Source: Spirogloea muscicola
Lineage: Eukaryota
DNA: 64,000 bases
Assembly (NCBI GenBank): GCA_009602725.1
Contig: WELB01000030.1
Coordinates: 280,835-344,834 of the forward strand
Reading direction: 5' to 3'
Part shown: one piece after another, positions 1-11,724 of the stretch
Numbering within the stretch: position 1 is the stretch's first letter
Layout of the letters: each line of letters opens with the position of its first letter
Position numbers and translations under genes: made by a program
The notes under the pieces: model-generated
Database searches by the model: none
The model's input: only the letters and a program-made list of their open reading frames with translations
What the model was told of the DNA's origin: nothing

Positions 1-300
1 GAACACACCCTGCATGGCGTCTCGCAGGAGGTCGTGCGAACCTGTCCGCTCGCCCCCGTGTGCACAGCGGAGCATGTGGGCCGCCAACGCCGCAGGGTCA
101 TCGTGGCGGGCACCGCACTCGCACTGTTGGACCCCGATGAGGCAGGGAGGGAGGAGGCCGAGGAGCCGGTGGGCCGCCGTCCTGAATACCGCGTCTGGAA
201 TAGTCAGCGCCGCGTAGATGGGGAGTGCTGCTAGCCACGCCGCCGCCCCAGGGGAGGAGGCGGAGAGGAGCCGGGCGCGCCCTCGGGTGTCGTGCGGCGG
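1..300 (-). mobile_element. Fragment of an RLE-type (CRE-like) non-LTR retrotransposon ORF covering the post-RT region and CCHC zinc knuckle; continues beyond the window start
   Basis: Manual minus-strand translation: PPHDTRGRARLLSASSPGAAAWLAALPIYAALTIPDAVFRTAAHRLLGLLPPCLIGVQQCECGARHDDPAALAAHMLRCAHGGERTGSHDLLRDAMQGVF. The 'AWL..lP', CxC...H...C and HD..RD pattern is what precedes the restriction-like endonuclease in CRE-like elements. Confidence 0.8.
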
Positions 301-307
301 AAGGAAA

Positions 308-420
308 ATTTCAATTCATGCGCCCCGCGCGCCTTCTCTCTCTCTGCCTGAACAATGTATTGGCTTGAATTGGCCTCCCTTTCAATTCATGCGTCCCGCG
401 CGCCTTCTCTCTCTCTCTTA
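308..420 (+). repeat. Two tandem copies of retroelement 3' terminus type B (TTCAATTCATGCGnnCCGCGCGCCTTCTCTCT)
   Basis: Copies at ~310-345 and ~370-418. The same motif recurs at ~2085-2130, 21225-21270(-), 27998-28040(-), 29922-29968, 31133-31175(-), 47120-47150, 47804-47845(-) and 54728-54765(-). Confidence 0.75.
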
Positions 421-459
421 CACGACTAAACAGATGGAGCGATAAAAGAGAGAAAGTCT

Positions 460-2130
460 CTTCCTTAGCGCTTCCCCTGGCCCCCTTCTCGTACTTTGTT
501 CATTCTTTTTGGGGCTGGCTTTTCCAGCCCCTATCCTCAGTGGGCGCGCCCTTTCTTCTTCCTTAGAGGTTGAGAGCAACAAGCGCTTACTGAGAGAACT
601 GCATCTCTTGACGATAGGTTACTGAGAGACTCGTTGCTGATGTCTTAGTCCTTAGCACTCCGGCTTCTTCAGACCTTGTCCATTCCTTTGGGCTGGCCTC
701 TCCCAGCCACCAGTCAATCTGGCCGTGCTTGCGTTACTGAGAGCCTGCTTGCGAACGTCTAAGAGATCAGTATTTTGCTTTTTGCGCCATCCGGCCCTTT
801 CAGACCTTGTCTATTCCTCCTGGGCTGGCCTCTCACAGCCACTGCTGTCAACTTGGAAGCGCTGTTTCTTGAGATGAAAGAAAGAAACAGCTCGTCCAAA
901 GTGACTTGAGATCAGCTCTTCCACATTAAGGCGATGGTTGTGAGTCTTACAACGACTGCTTTCCTTCCAGCTCCTTCAGACCTTGTCCATTCTTTTGGGC
1001 TGGCCTCGTACAGCCACCAGTCAATTTTGAAGCGCTGTTTGGTTTCCGGCTGCTCAACAGGGGATACTGAGCACCTAGTGGCCACTAGTTGGTGCGTGCT
1101 TTAGCGCTATTCTGGCCCTTTCAGACCTCTGTTTATCCTTTTTCCTGGGCTGGCCAATCACAGCCATCGCCCTCTACTGGAAGAGTTTTTCTTTTCCGGC
1201 TGCTTTCTGGCCCAGAGTTACCACATGACCATCCTCAGCACTTGCTTCAGTGGTGTTTAGCACTCCCTGGCCAACTTCGGACCTTGTCCATTCCTTTTGG
1301 GCTGGCTTTCCAGCCCTCGCCCCCTTTGGATGAGCTGACTTCCTTACTGGCTGCTGGTATTCTCTAACTTGAGGCTGCTGATCAGACTCTATATAGCGAC
1401 CATCCCTCGTGGTACTTGTACAGCTCTTCTCTCTTCACATTCCGGCCCATCCGGACCTTGTCTTAGGGTTGGCCCTTCACAACCCTTGCCGACTTTCGAA
1501 CAGCTTACTCCCTTCGCTGCTTTTGATTTCCGTTGGGGTGACACTTCCCCAGCTGCTCCGTTCCGATGTAAGACAATGGTTGTGAGAGGCCAACCCAGTG
1601 GAATCATGTTGTAGCTATTGCATCTTTTTAAAGTCCATGTTTAGGCTCTGCTTGACGGGACAGCACATCTGCTCCGATCACAACAACTTCTGCTCGTACT
1701 CCCCTTTCGCAGAAGTCGCGGAGCGTGTTTTTGTGCTTTTTACATTGTCCGGCCCTTCAGACCTTGTTCATTTACAGACCTTGTTCATCTTCTTGGGCGG
1801 GCCTCTCACCACCTTGGGCTGGCCTCTCACAGCCATTGCCTTACATTGAAAGAGCCGTTTCTTTCATTCCCACTTTCAAGTTAGCTTGTTAGATTTTTTA
1901 AAAAAATTTTATAAAAAAGGAGAGTGTTAGCTTGTTAGATTAGCATGTGCTTACTCGTGGATATTGAAGTCCCCATTCAGCCAGCTTCAGCACTGATACC
2001 TTGGGCCCCTTCAAGTTAGCGCTTCGCTTTGTGTAGCCACATTCTCTGCACTAGCATTTGCCTGAATAGTGTCTTGCCTTGATGTAGCCTCCCCTTCAAT
2101 TCAGGCACACCGAAGGCCTTCCTTCTCTCA
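460..2130 (+). mobile_element. Head-to-tail array of 5'-truncated RLE-retrotransposon 3' ends (about 10 units, mostly plus orientation)
   Basis: A conserved block GGCCCTTCAGACCTTGTnnATTCnTTTGGGCTGGC..CAGCC has hairpins at ~512, 690, 822, 997, 1148, 1298, 1466, 1578(-) and 1816. ORF tails LHLLTIGY* (~600-626), FRLLNRGY* (~1044-1070) and HVLTRGY* (~1945-1968) lie between them. Confidence 0.75.
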
Positions 2131-3070
2131 AGGTCTCAAAGAGATTTTCAAAACACACGATGCAGGGATACCTTGGTCCTCGTTTAAACCAGCGTCTGAG
2201 GAAGTTGGTCACCCCAGCCTGCAGAGAATGCATGGATTGCACTGCGGGGCTGAAACATTTGACTGTCAAGAGCGCAAATCAGAATCAGCAGGTTCTTCGT
2301 GTAAGATAATATCCTTCGCATGCTTAGTGACCTGCTGCAGCACTTCGTCCATCAGCAGCATTTGACTCCCCTCTGTGTCGAAGATCATCCTTGATTGGCT
2401 TTCTAAAAATGTCCAGTCCGCATGCCATCGGCAGCCACTTACCCAAGTGCTGCTTGCTATCAGGTGCCTCAGCAAGCCTCAGGACCAATATACAGTTCAC
2501 CACCGTTGGCTACTGTGGTCATACGTTCTTGACAGCTACAAGATGTACGAGTCAGGAACGTTATAAGCTCAAGTGCTTATATCCTCCTATGAAGTAATCT
2601 AAATATGGATTGCGTCTTCATTGCATCTGACTGTGATCATGCGGCTCAACTCTTTAAATTTACAGAAGCTGCCTCGACCAATTCATGGCTGCAGTCGCCC
2701 GACTTTCCTCTTCAGTCTGCCCAGGAAGAGCTTAGCAGCCCAGCAGCAGCCAGTGTATCTCTCTCCAGCCATTTGCCGTGGTTTCCGACTGATCCACTAC
2801 TGATAGCCAAAGCGACTGAGCGTAAGCTCAAGTGTGGAGGGAGGAAAGGTGAACAAATCGTAAATGGTGACCAGTCTGTCTACACGTCCCCTTTGTCACA
2901 ACCAAGACCTCTGATGCTCACCTGTCCAATATACTGAACAGAATGAGGTGGTAGAGTTCAAGCTGGGACCTGGGCTCCTAAGCCCAACCTAATCAATGAG
3001 GACGACTGAAGAAAAGAAATGAGCTGCACTTTACAAATGCCTCAAACTGTTAGCTTACTGGATGTCTTCA

Positions 3071-5389
3071 TCAGGCGGGGCGCTGAGCCAGGAGAGGCTG
3101 CAGAGCCTTCACCACAATCCCCATGTTTGGCCGGAAGTCCGCCTCGTACTGCACGCACAAGGCCGCTACCGCTGCCAACTGCACAGATCAAGCATTGCAG
3201 CAGTTGCCGCAGTGATGCAAGGCATCAGATGGGGCCGAAGATGGTGCAAATTGATTGCAAGCTGCTGCCAAACGTGATGCAGGATCCCACATTAGATGTG
3301 CAATTGGCATGTTGAAATGAACTCAGCCCGGCTGCTTGCATGCACCTGCAAAAACCAGTCATGCTTCCCAATTGCAGAAAGGGCAACCCATTGGTTAGGT
3401 GGACGGATGTACGCACTTTTGCCACAGCTTTCTGCGGGTACTCCTTCAGCCGGGGGTCCACGCATGCCTTCACCTTGTCCTCGGCCAACCGCGGGGTCGC
3501 CTGGGCCAGGCAGCAGCCAACCGCTTGAGCAGGCACCCTTGACTTCTATACTCTAGGTTATCACCACATTCCCTTCTACGCTGTCCGAGATGCTCATGTC
3601 ATGACCTCCGTGTTTAAGAGAGTGACACCAGTAGCATCAACAGTCCTGCTCAACATGATTGCGACGAGAAGTATCGTGCAGGAATGATACCCAGGTCACA
3701 AGAGACTGCTGCCCTTTGGGCATGTTGTGATCGACGGGTTTGCGACCCGTCAGCAGCTCCAAGAGCACAACCCCAAAGCTGTACACGTCGCTTTTGAAGC
3801 TCAAGGAGCCCGTCATTGCGTACCTAAACGCCAGTGGGCCAAGCAAAAGGCAAGCAAGCAAGCAATCAGGTCAAGGCAGGACCAGACACAGATGGTTCTG
3901 CATATCAGTGCTTTGATCTGAAGACGTTTCTGAGCCATGTGTGGCAGCTCACTCATCCTCATGCTTGTTTATGCATGACAAGCAGGCTAACAATACTGCA
4001 GTAAGGCAAACGGTGAGCTTCCACACAGAGTCTGTCGTTTGTAACTTGAGAATGAACAACAGCAGAGTCCATTAAATTCATCAATGAAGCAAAGTATCTG
4101 AACGCACTCAGGGGCGTGGTAACCGAAGGTGCCCAGGACGCGCGTGGAGTGGAGACGGGAGGCCTGGTCTGGCGCCTGGTTGGAGAGGTTGAAGTCCGCG
4201 ATCTTGGCTGTGTAGTCGTCAAAGAGCAGCACATTGCTGGACTTGATGTCTTTATGAATGACCGGCGGCTGAACCTGCATCGGCATCCGAGCAGCGCGGG
4301 CAGCACGAGTGCGTGAGCACCCAGCCCAAGCTGGCAAGTACTTGGACCGATGGTGGTATCAGGAGTGCACCTTCTCATGCAGGTACTCAAGGCCCCTGGC
4401 CGATGACACGGCGATCTTCACGCGCTGCATCCAATCCAGCGGCGGTCCAGGCTCTGAGTTCTTCACGCCCTTGCGTCCTGCGCACGTTGGCCGCCGCCCA
4501 GCCCCGGCTGATGTTTGTATGCAGCAAAGTACTCAGCTGCCGGATGAGGTCAGCATGCGTAGGGCTGACGCTGCTCCGCTGCGGCTGGTTACCGTGGATG
4601 ATGTCGTGGAGGCTGCCGAGCGGCGCAAACTCGTAGGCCAGCACGCGCATCTGCCCCTCAACGCAGTACCCCAGCAGCTCCACGACATTGTCGTGCCGCA
4701 GCTGGCTCACCAGCCCGACCTGGCTCGCAGCAGTGCACCACCATGGATGCCTCTCAGCCGGTCCAGGCTCACCGTGACAGTCACTGTGAGTAAGGATAGG
4801 CAGCCCAGTGCCAGGATGCAGTGCTGAGTCACATGGCAGAGGTGGCCCTGTGGCCAGGGCTGACCTCCGCCAGGAACTCGGAGTCCTGCTGGGAGCTGGC
4901 ATCGAGCTTCTTGATGGCGGCCGCACGGCCGTCATGCAGGATGCCATAGTACACGCGGCCGTAGGAGCCCTCGCCGATGAGCGCCTTGGCGCCGAAGTCG
5001 TCCGTCGCCTCGCGCAGCTCGTCGAGCGGGAAGGTGGGCACCGCGATGGGCAGCGGCTGGGCTGGGTACGCAGGCTCCACGATCTGCTTCGGCGCCAGCG
5101 GCTCGGTGCTCGGCGCCACGCCCAACACGCTCGCTGCGGACGGGGTGCGGAGGTCGACCAACTGGCACTAAGCCGTGTGGCGAAGCGCAGACGACGATTG
5201 GAGCGCTGCTGCAACGATGACCAGTCTCGAGTGTGCATGGGAGAGGCGGCCATGGGAAAGGCACTGGGAATCAAGCAAGCGGGGACTGCACTTCTGCGAC
5301 GGCTGATGCGCACCTTGGTTGCCGTTGTGGGAGGGCCGGGCGGGGCCCTTGCGCTCGCGGCCCCCGCCTAGGCCAAAGCAGCAGGCCAT
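3071..5389 (-). CDS. PTI1: PTI1-like (Pto-interacting) receptor-like cytoplasmic kinase, multi-exon
   Basis: Exons encode MACCFG..., [125 protein letters not shown] and [35 protein letters not shown] (stop 3073-3071). The exon 1/2 junction phase is not fully resolved. Confidence 0.93.
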
Positions 5390-5835
5390 GGACGGCCTGC
5401 CGCACGAGATCAAGGAGTGCGGGACGCCCGGAAGGCAGGCGGGGTGCGGCACAAGAGCGCCGTCTCTCGGTCACGGCAAGGCCCTGCCGGGAGCCACAAG
5501 GCCGTCGCTGCCGCGCCGTCAGCGGGAGAGGCGCAGCGGCAAGGCGCGACAAGGCTGGTGAGACCGTGCCGCCCACGCTCACGCCAGCGCAATGGCCTCC
5601 AGCCAGCGGCGGCGCCGATGGCGACGGCATGCCGCACCGCGGCAGCATCGCCAAATCGGCTTCGACAGCGGCGGCGGAGGAGAGGCGCGCGGCTACCTTG
5701 CCGGCATCGAAGCGGGGCTCGCTGCCGCTGCAGCGAGCGCCGGCCGGGCAGAGCAGCCGAGCAGGCCGGCAAGTCAGCGCACGCGCCGGGCGTCCAGCTG
5801 CGGCGGCCGCGACTGCTGCGGCCGCGGCGGCAGCG

Positions 5836-6316
5836 NNNNNNNNNNNNNNNNNNNNNNNNNNNNNNNNNNNNNNNNNNNNNNNNNNNNNNNNNNNNNNNNN
5901 NNNNNNNNNNNNNNNNNNNNNNNNNNNNNNNNNNNNNNNNNNNNNNNNNNNNNNNNNNNNNNNNNNNNNNNNNNNNNNNNNNNNNNNNNNNNNNNNNNNN
6001 NNNNNNNNNNNNNNNNNNNNNNNNNNNNNNNNNNNNNNNNNNNNNNNNNNNNNNNNNNNNNNNNNNNNNNNNNNNNNNNNNNNNNNNNNNNNNNNNNNNN
6101 NNNNNNNNNNNNNNNNNNNNNNNNNNNNNNNNNNNNNNNNNNNNNNNNNNNNNNNNNNNNNNNNNNNNNNNNNNNNNNNNNNNNNNNNNNNNNNNNNNNN
6201 NNNNNNNNNNNNNNNNNNNNNNNNNNNNNNNNNNNNNNNNNNNNNNNNNNNNNNNNNNNNNNNNNNNNNNNNNNNNNNNNNNNNNNNNNNNNNNNNNNNN
6301 NNNNNNNNNNNNNNNN
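5836..6316. other. Assembly gap (N run) between the divergent PTI1 and UFC1 starts
   Basis: Run of N flanked by GCG/CGG-rich sequence. Confidence 0.98.
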
Positions 6317-6325
6317 GCGGCGGCC

Positions 6326-7357
6326 ATGGACGGGTGGGACACGGCGACGCGGTCGACGGTGCAGCGCATCCCGCTGCTGGCCACCAAGGCCGGCCCGCGC
6401 GACGGCGAGGCCTGGAAGAAGCGCCTCAAGGAGGAGTACATGGTGACCGCCGCCGCCGCCGCCGCCGCCCCAGCCGCCGCCGCCGCTGGCCGCCGCCGCG
6501 TCGTGATCCCTGACGGCCGCGCGCGCTCCGCCAGGCCCTGATCAAGTACATGGAGATGAACAAGGCGAGCGACAGCGACTGGTTCCGCATCGCCGCGGAG
6601 GACGCGGAGGGCACCCGGTGGCGCGGCCGCTGCTGGTACGTCCACAACCTCCTCAAGTACGACTTTGAGCTCCGCTTCGACATCCCCGTCACCTACCCCG
6701 CCACCGCGCCCGAGCTCCAGCTCCCCGAGCTCGACGGCAAGACCGCCAAGGTGTGCAGCACTGCTGTCCGCTACCGCTGTTGCAATTGTGAGGGGCCTGG
6801 CTACGCCACCTCTATCGCAGTAGCCGTGCTGACTTGCGCAACCAGTGGCCATGGCGGCGCTGGTCTTGCACCGCGCGCGCTCCAGGCAGCCACGGTACTT
6901 GTGTTCCTGAGTGAAGTGTGTGGCGGGTGCTGTGCGCCGGCTGCGTTGGTGCAGATGTATCGCGGTGGCAAGATCTGCCTAACCATCCACTTCAAGCCCC
7001 TGTGGGCCAAGAACTCGTGAGCGCGGCTTCTGCCTGCTCGTTCTGATTCCTTGCTCACTGCCAGCTCTTGTTGCAGGGTAGCCCTCGCCGACCGCCATGC
7101 GACCACATGGCTGCCTGCCTTTAACAAGCCCCAGCGGGTGACTGTAATGTGCTGTGCTCGCGTGGCTACGCAGGCCGCACTTTGGCATTGCACACGCGCT
7201 CTGCTTGGGTATGGCGCCTTGGCTGGCGGCCGAGGTCCCACACCTCGTCGACACAGGCGCCATCCGGCACCAGGACGGCGCTGGCGCGGCTGCGCCAGGA
7301 AGGCCTCTCACCAGCAGCCAAGAAGATAAAGTCCGCAAAGACAAGAGTGCATCATAG
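6326..7357 (+). CDS. UFC1: Ubiquitin-fold modifier-conjugating enzyme 1 (UFM1 E2); exons 6326-6442, 6535-6750, 6955-7016, 7174-7357
   Basis: Spliced product [26 protein letters not shown]...[25 protein letters not shown]...[68 protein letters not shown]. All introns are GT-AG and the catalytic Cys is in GKICL. Confidence 0.96.
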
Positions 7358-9170
7358 CTGCGGCTCCCTTTTTCCAACCCCTCTTTTTCTCCCTTGACCC
7401 GAGTCCTGCTTGCCCGTTGGCCCCCAACACTTTCTTCTTCAGTTGCTCCAAGAGCCAATTGCCACCACAAATTTCCCTAGCTGGTCCGCAGGTCACTGCT
7501 TGTAATGTGCCCCACACAGAGGGAGGCCAGCAGCAGACGTTTTGTTGTGGGCGTATGCAGCACCGCCGCCTGCTAAATTTTGGCCAGGTTGAGTCCGTCT
7601 GTAACGTCCCTTCAGTTCTCAGAGTTGTGTGAAGGAAAGGCCCAAACAGGCAGCAGATACAGGAATTGTGCCATGCCACAAACGGTCTACATGTGCTGCT
7701 TACAAATCATACTGAATACAGGAGCTGCAAAACTTCTTCTGACATGCATGTAAGATTATCATCATGACCTCACTGTGCCTACACAGTTTACAGCAGGACG
7801 GGTAGACGAACATTTATGCCCGAGGGCCTCATAGTTGGATGTATACTGTCTTGTTGCTTCTTCACTTGCTTAATGGACAGAGGTCCTCAGAATCAGCAGG
7901 ATGAAAAGATCAGGGAAGGTACATTGCTGACTTGTACTGAGTACGATGTCAGAGACTGAGCCAGGTGAGAGATGAGTTAGGCAGTCACTTTCATTTCAAC
8001 GAAGACATTCCTTTTCAAGCACACCATGCTGCTGACGATATGGTACACAAATATGTAGTTGCCCACTCTTAACAAACAGCAGGCCGAGCAGCCCAGCTTC
8101 AATGCTGCCAGGTTGCTCGCTTAAATGTACCTAATGCGCCTTTACATTACTCCCAGGAGTTCCACATGAATTTGCGGGCAGGCCAGGTCCTGGCTGCTGC
8201 CTTTAACATTCGGCAGGGCGACCAGTTTCCAGCTGCAAGTTACTTGACATTACGGCTGTTAACTGAAGGATATTGAGCACCCACTCACACTTACCCTTTA
8301 CCAGCTGCGTGATATCTGCAGGTTCTGCCCCTATGGACCTTGTCCAGTCTCTTCGAAGGTGACACACCAGGAGGGTTGCCAGCATTGCTGGCGAACTGCT
8401 GCTCTCTACGGCTTGAATTACGCGGTGGCCTTCATTGAGGGCATGTCGAAGGCATGCACGTATATCTTGCGCTTTGGCAGCAGAGCTGCTGCAAAGATTG
8501 CTGGAAGACCAGGTTCCAGCAGAGTTGCCGTGATCATCTGCAGCTCTAACCTTGATGTCGCTGAGCGCTGCCCTCCACCTTGTTGCTGTCGTTACTACCT
8601 ACTGTGGCCCGCAGCCGCGCCTCACTGACTCAGTCCCGCCTCCAGTCCCCAGTCCCTCAAGCTGCATGCCACCTCCATGCCTCGATGCTGTGCCCGTCTG
8701 ACCCACCAACAATTGTGACTGGCCTCGAGACCGCGGTCATGGGGCCAGGGCTGCGTCGTCGTCGCCTTCAGCTGGCACTCGGTGCCGGATCACAGCACGC
8801 ACAGCAGTGGTCAACAGCTTGGTGCCGATTCTCCAGCGAACACAACTGGGAACGCCGCAAGGCTGCTCGCCAGGGCCGTCACAAGCCCGCGCTGCTTACG
8901 GCGGCGCTCGATCGCCGAGCGCCGGCCCGCAGGAAGAGGCTCAGCTGAGGCCGAGCGGCGGCCTTGGCTCGCGCAGCCAAGACTGTGGCGGCGGCGGCGT
9001 CGAGGGCAGCAACGGCGGCTGGGGGGAGCCAAGTGGCAAACGGGCTGTCCTCCAATCAATCTCCCTCTGTATGCACCTGGCTGGCTTTTTGCAGCCGCTC
9101 TTTAGAAATCAGCAGCCGCATTCTTTTTGTAGCCGCAGAAATTCAGCAGTCGCCGGCCGAGGCGGCGGCG

Positions 9171-9329
9171 ATGGACGCCGCCGCGGGGCCGCTGGCGCTG
9201 CCGCGGGCGGCGGCGGCGGCNNNNNNNNNNNNNNNNNNNNNNNNNNNNNNNNNNNNNNNNNNNNNNNNNNNNNNNNNNNNNNNNNNNNNNNNNNNNNNNN
9301 NNNNNNNNNNNNNNNNNNNNNNNGGGCGA

Positions 9330-9361
<32 letters not shown>

Positions 9362-11330
9362 TCGCCGCGAGCTGGGCTGGAGCACAACCAGGTGAGGGCG
9401 CTGGCCCGCTGCGGCCGATCGGGCAGGCCCGCCGCAATCGCCTTAACCATTTATGACCACTAGCCTCGCACGACGGCAACGGCGTCGTCCTCGGCGGCGC
9501 AGATCCTGGCGACGGCGACGGCGGCCTGCCTCTTCGCGCAGGCCCTGAAGCCCGTCACGGCCGCCATCGCCGGCCAGGGCTTCAACCCGCGCCTGATCAT
9601 CAAGTCGGGCGGCATGCCGTCCTCCCACTCCGCCGTACGACCGCCTCTCAGCCCGAGCAGACCCACATTGCCCGCATGCCCAAGCATGCCCAAGGAGCAG
9701 CTCAGCCTGCTACTTGCTCGCACACTGTACCATGTTCCGCTTGTCTTCCTAGTACTGGCGCCAAATTGGCCACATATTCTGCAGCTCTGCTTGATGCGGC
9801 AGTGGAAACTCTGCCGCTGTTATCGCAGCTTGTTGGCCGAGCACGTTCGCTTCAGTCCGCGTGAGGGCTTGCTGACAAGCTGCACCCTCTGGGCGTGAGT
9901 GTCCTGCAGGTGGTGACCAGCGCCGCGACTGCGTATGGCCTACAGAGGTGAGAGACGCGGAGAGCTCAGGCAATCCTGAGGCATATACGAGGTCCCGAAG
10001 CAGACTGACTGCAGCTGCCATACTTCCAACCAGCTTGATGGCGAGATTGTCAATGGCCTCCTTGCAACACGCTTGAAATTTGAGCGGCGTGAGCCTGTGA
10101 CTGGCCACCCTGCGCAAGGAGCATTGGGGAAAGCTTACTTTGCAGTCGAGGTTTGTGATGGAGCGTGGCCTCCAGGGGATTGGAGGACCCTGTCTTTGGC
10201 GTCCTGGTGGTGTTTGCCTGCATTGTCATGTACGACGCCCAGGTCCGCCCTCCGATGCCATTTCGCCCAAGGCAGCGGCCGCCTCAGCGTGTGGCCATTC
10301 AGCAGCAATACATAACGCAAATGATGTATCACAAGGACTTGCAGGTACCTCCTAAGTTGATGTACTTAGATATTGACATTGATCTGGTTCATTGCACCCC
10401 CCCTCAGCACCCAATGCTGCCAACTGCTGCCAGGGCGTGCGGCGGGCGGTTGGCAAGCAGGCGGAAGTCATCAACACGCTGGTTGTGCCGGAGCTTGATC
10501 GCCCTTGTCAGCCCATAGACTTGGGGCAGGTGGGGGCCGGAGAAAGCCCGCCGTTGCCGCGCGCTGCCAGCGGCGTACAGCTAGCCCAGGAGCCGCAGCT
10601 AGCTGAGCTCGCCTTTGTCGCCAACAGCGATGATGGGGTGAGGGACGATGTTGGTGATCGGCTGCTTGCAAACATTCCCGCTGCGCCGGCTGGCGTGGAG
10701 CTCGCACAGGAGCCCAAGCGGGCCGAGCTGGCCTTCATGCAGGCTGGCGAGCAGCCAGGCCCCAGCGCCAGGACGAGCGTGCTGCCTCGAGCCCCTGCGT
10801 CGCCAGTTGCGGATGCTGGCCCGCACGACGATCTTTCTGAGTCCAGCAACGGCTCGCCCGCGTCGCTCGGCACCACGATGTCCAGTCTGCCACGGTGGCT
10901 GGTGGAGGAGGTCCGAGGAAAGGCCTTCTTCAAGTCAGCAGAAGAGAAGCCTGCCATGAAGCAGGGGCTTGTTGAGAAGCAGGTAAGCATCTCGTCGCTC
11001 GTGCATCTTCGGTTTCACCATCATCTCAAACGATCGGCATACCTAATTAGCCTTTGGCTCTGCAGGACAGGCTAATCACAAGCCAGCAAGTGCATGCAGC
11101 CAGGCAGTGCTCGCTGCACATAAGATGAAGCTCCTGGTAATTCCTTCCACGGGCTTCTCACCCCTTCCAGCCGCATTTGTGCCATGAAGGAGCTAAGCGA
11201 ACTGGAGGGGTGGAGGCACATCCCATTGAAAGAGAGCGTTGGCCACACCAAGCTCGAAGTGCTCGTGGGGGGCTGCGCTGGCATCGCCCTAGCCATGTTC
11301 TTGCACACTACAAGCAATCCCTCCATTTGA
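9171..11330 (+). CDS. DUF212 acid phosphatase/vanadium-dependent haloperoxidase-related membrane protein, multi-exon; 5' part crosses the N gap at 9221-9323
   Basis: Exons: LEHNQ|ILATATAACLFAQALKPV...SGGMPSSHSA|VVTSAATAYGLQR|GLEDPVFGVLVVFACIVMYDAQ|GVRRAVGKQAEVINTL...|...PLKESVGHTKLEVLVGGCAGIALAMFLHTTSNPSI*. GGMPSSHS, VMYDA.GVRR and GHT..EV are DUF212 signatures. The start codon is tentative. Confidence 0.88.
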
Positions 11331-11724
11331 GCAAGGACAGGTGTTGACTGTCCATTAGCGACGTGTTCTTGAGGCCCTCCAGCATGAATCGATATATATA
11401 TCAAGTAGATAAGCTCACGTGCGTTTGTGAGCTCTGTTCTGGACGTAGAATTGTGAGCTCTCGACGCCCATCTCAAATTTCAAGAAATGTCCAAGCATGG
11501 AGGGTTGTTACTAGCGTATAGCCTTATCAAGGAAGCGTCATCGATGCGTTTCCATACCAGAAACAAGAGTAAGGCACCATGGGACTGAAGAACAGTGCCA
11601 CTTGTGAGAGGTAAGCTGACAACTTAGGCCTGCTTTTAATGCATGATTTGACACACATGTATGGATGCTGGGGTTATGCATAGGAGTTGTTCCAGAACAA
11701 CGAATTGTAGTGTCGGTAAGAAGT

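Noticed and set aside
460..1860. CRISPR array interpretation of the periodic repeats
   Set aside because: The context is eukaryotic with no cas genes. The repeats are degenerate, and the long, uneven spacers contain retrotransposon ORF tails.
3683..3690. U12-like donor GTATCATT in PTI1
   Set aside because: It mismatches the RTATCCTT consensus, and there is no U12 branch site near the acceptor.
5233..6852. Long ORFs spanning N gaps (also 26227-27742)
   Set aside because: They are open only because N runs contain no stop codons.
8203..8600. Open minus-strand frame between UFC1 and DUF212 (similarly 2069-2940)
   Set aside because: No recognisable motif or convincing splice structure.
9441..9463. 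U12-type branch point CCTTAAC in the DUF212 intron
   Set aside because: The donor is U2-type (GTGAGG), and the acceptor supported by homology is ~55 nt further downstream (9502).
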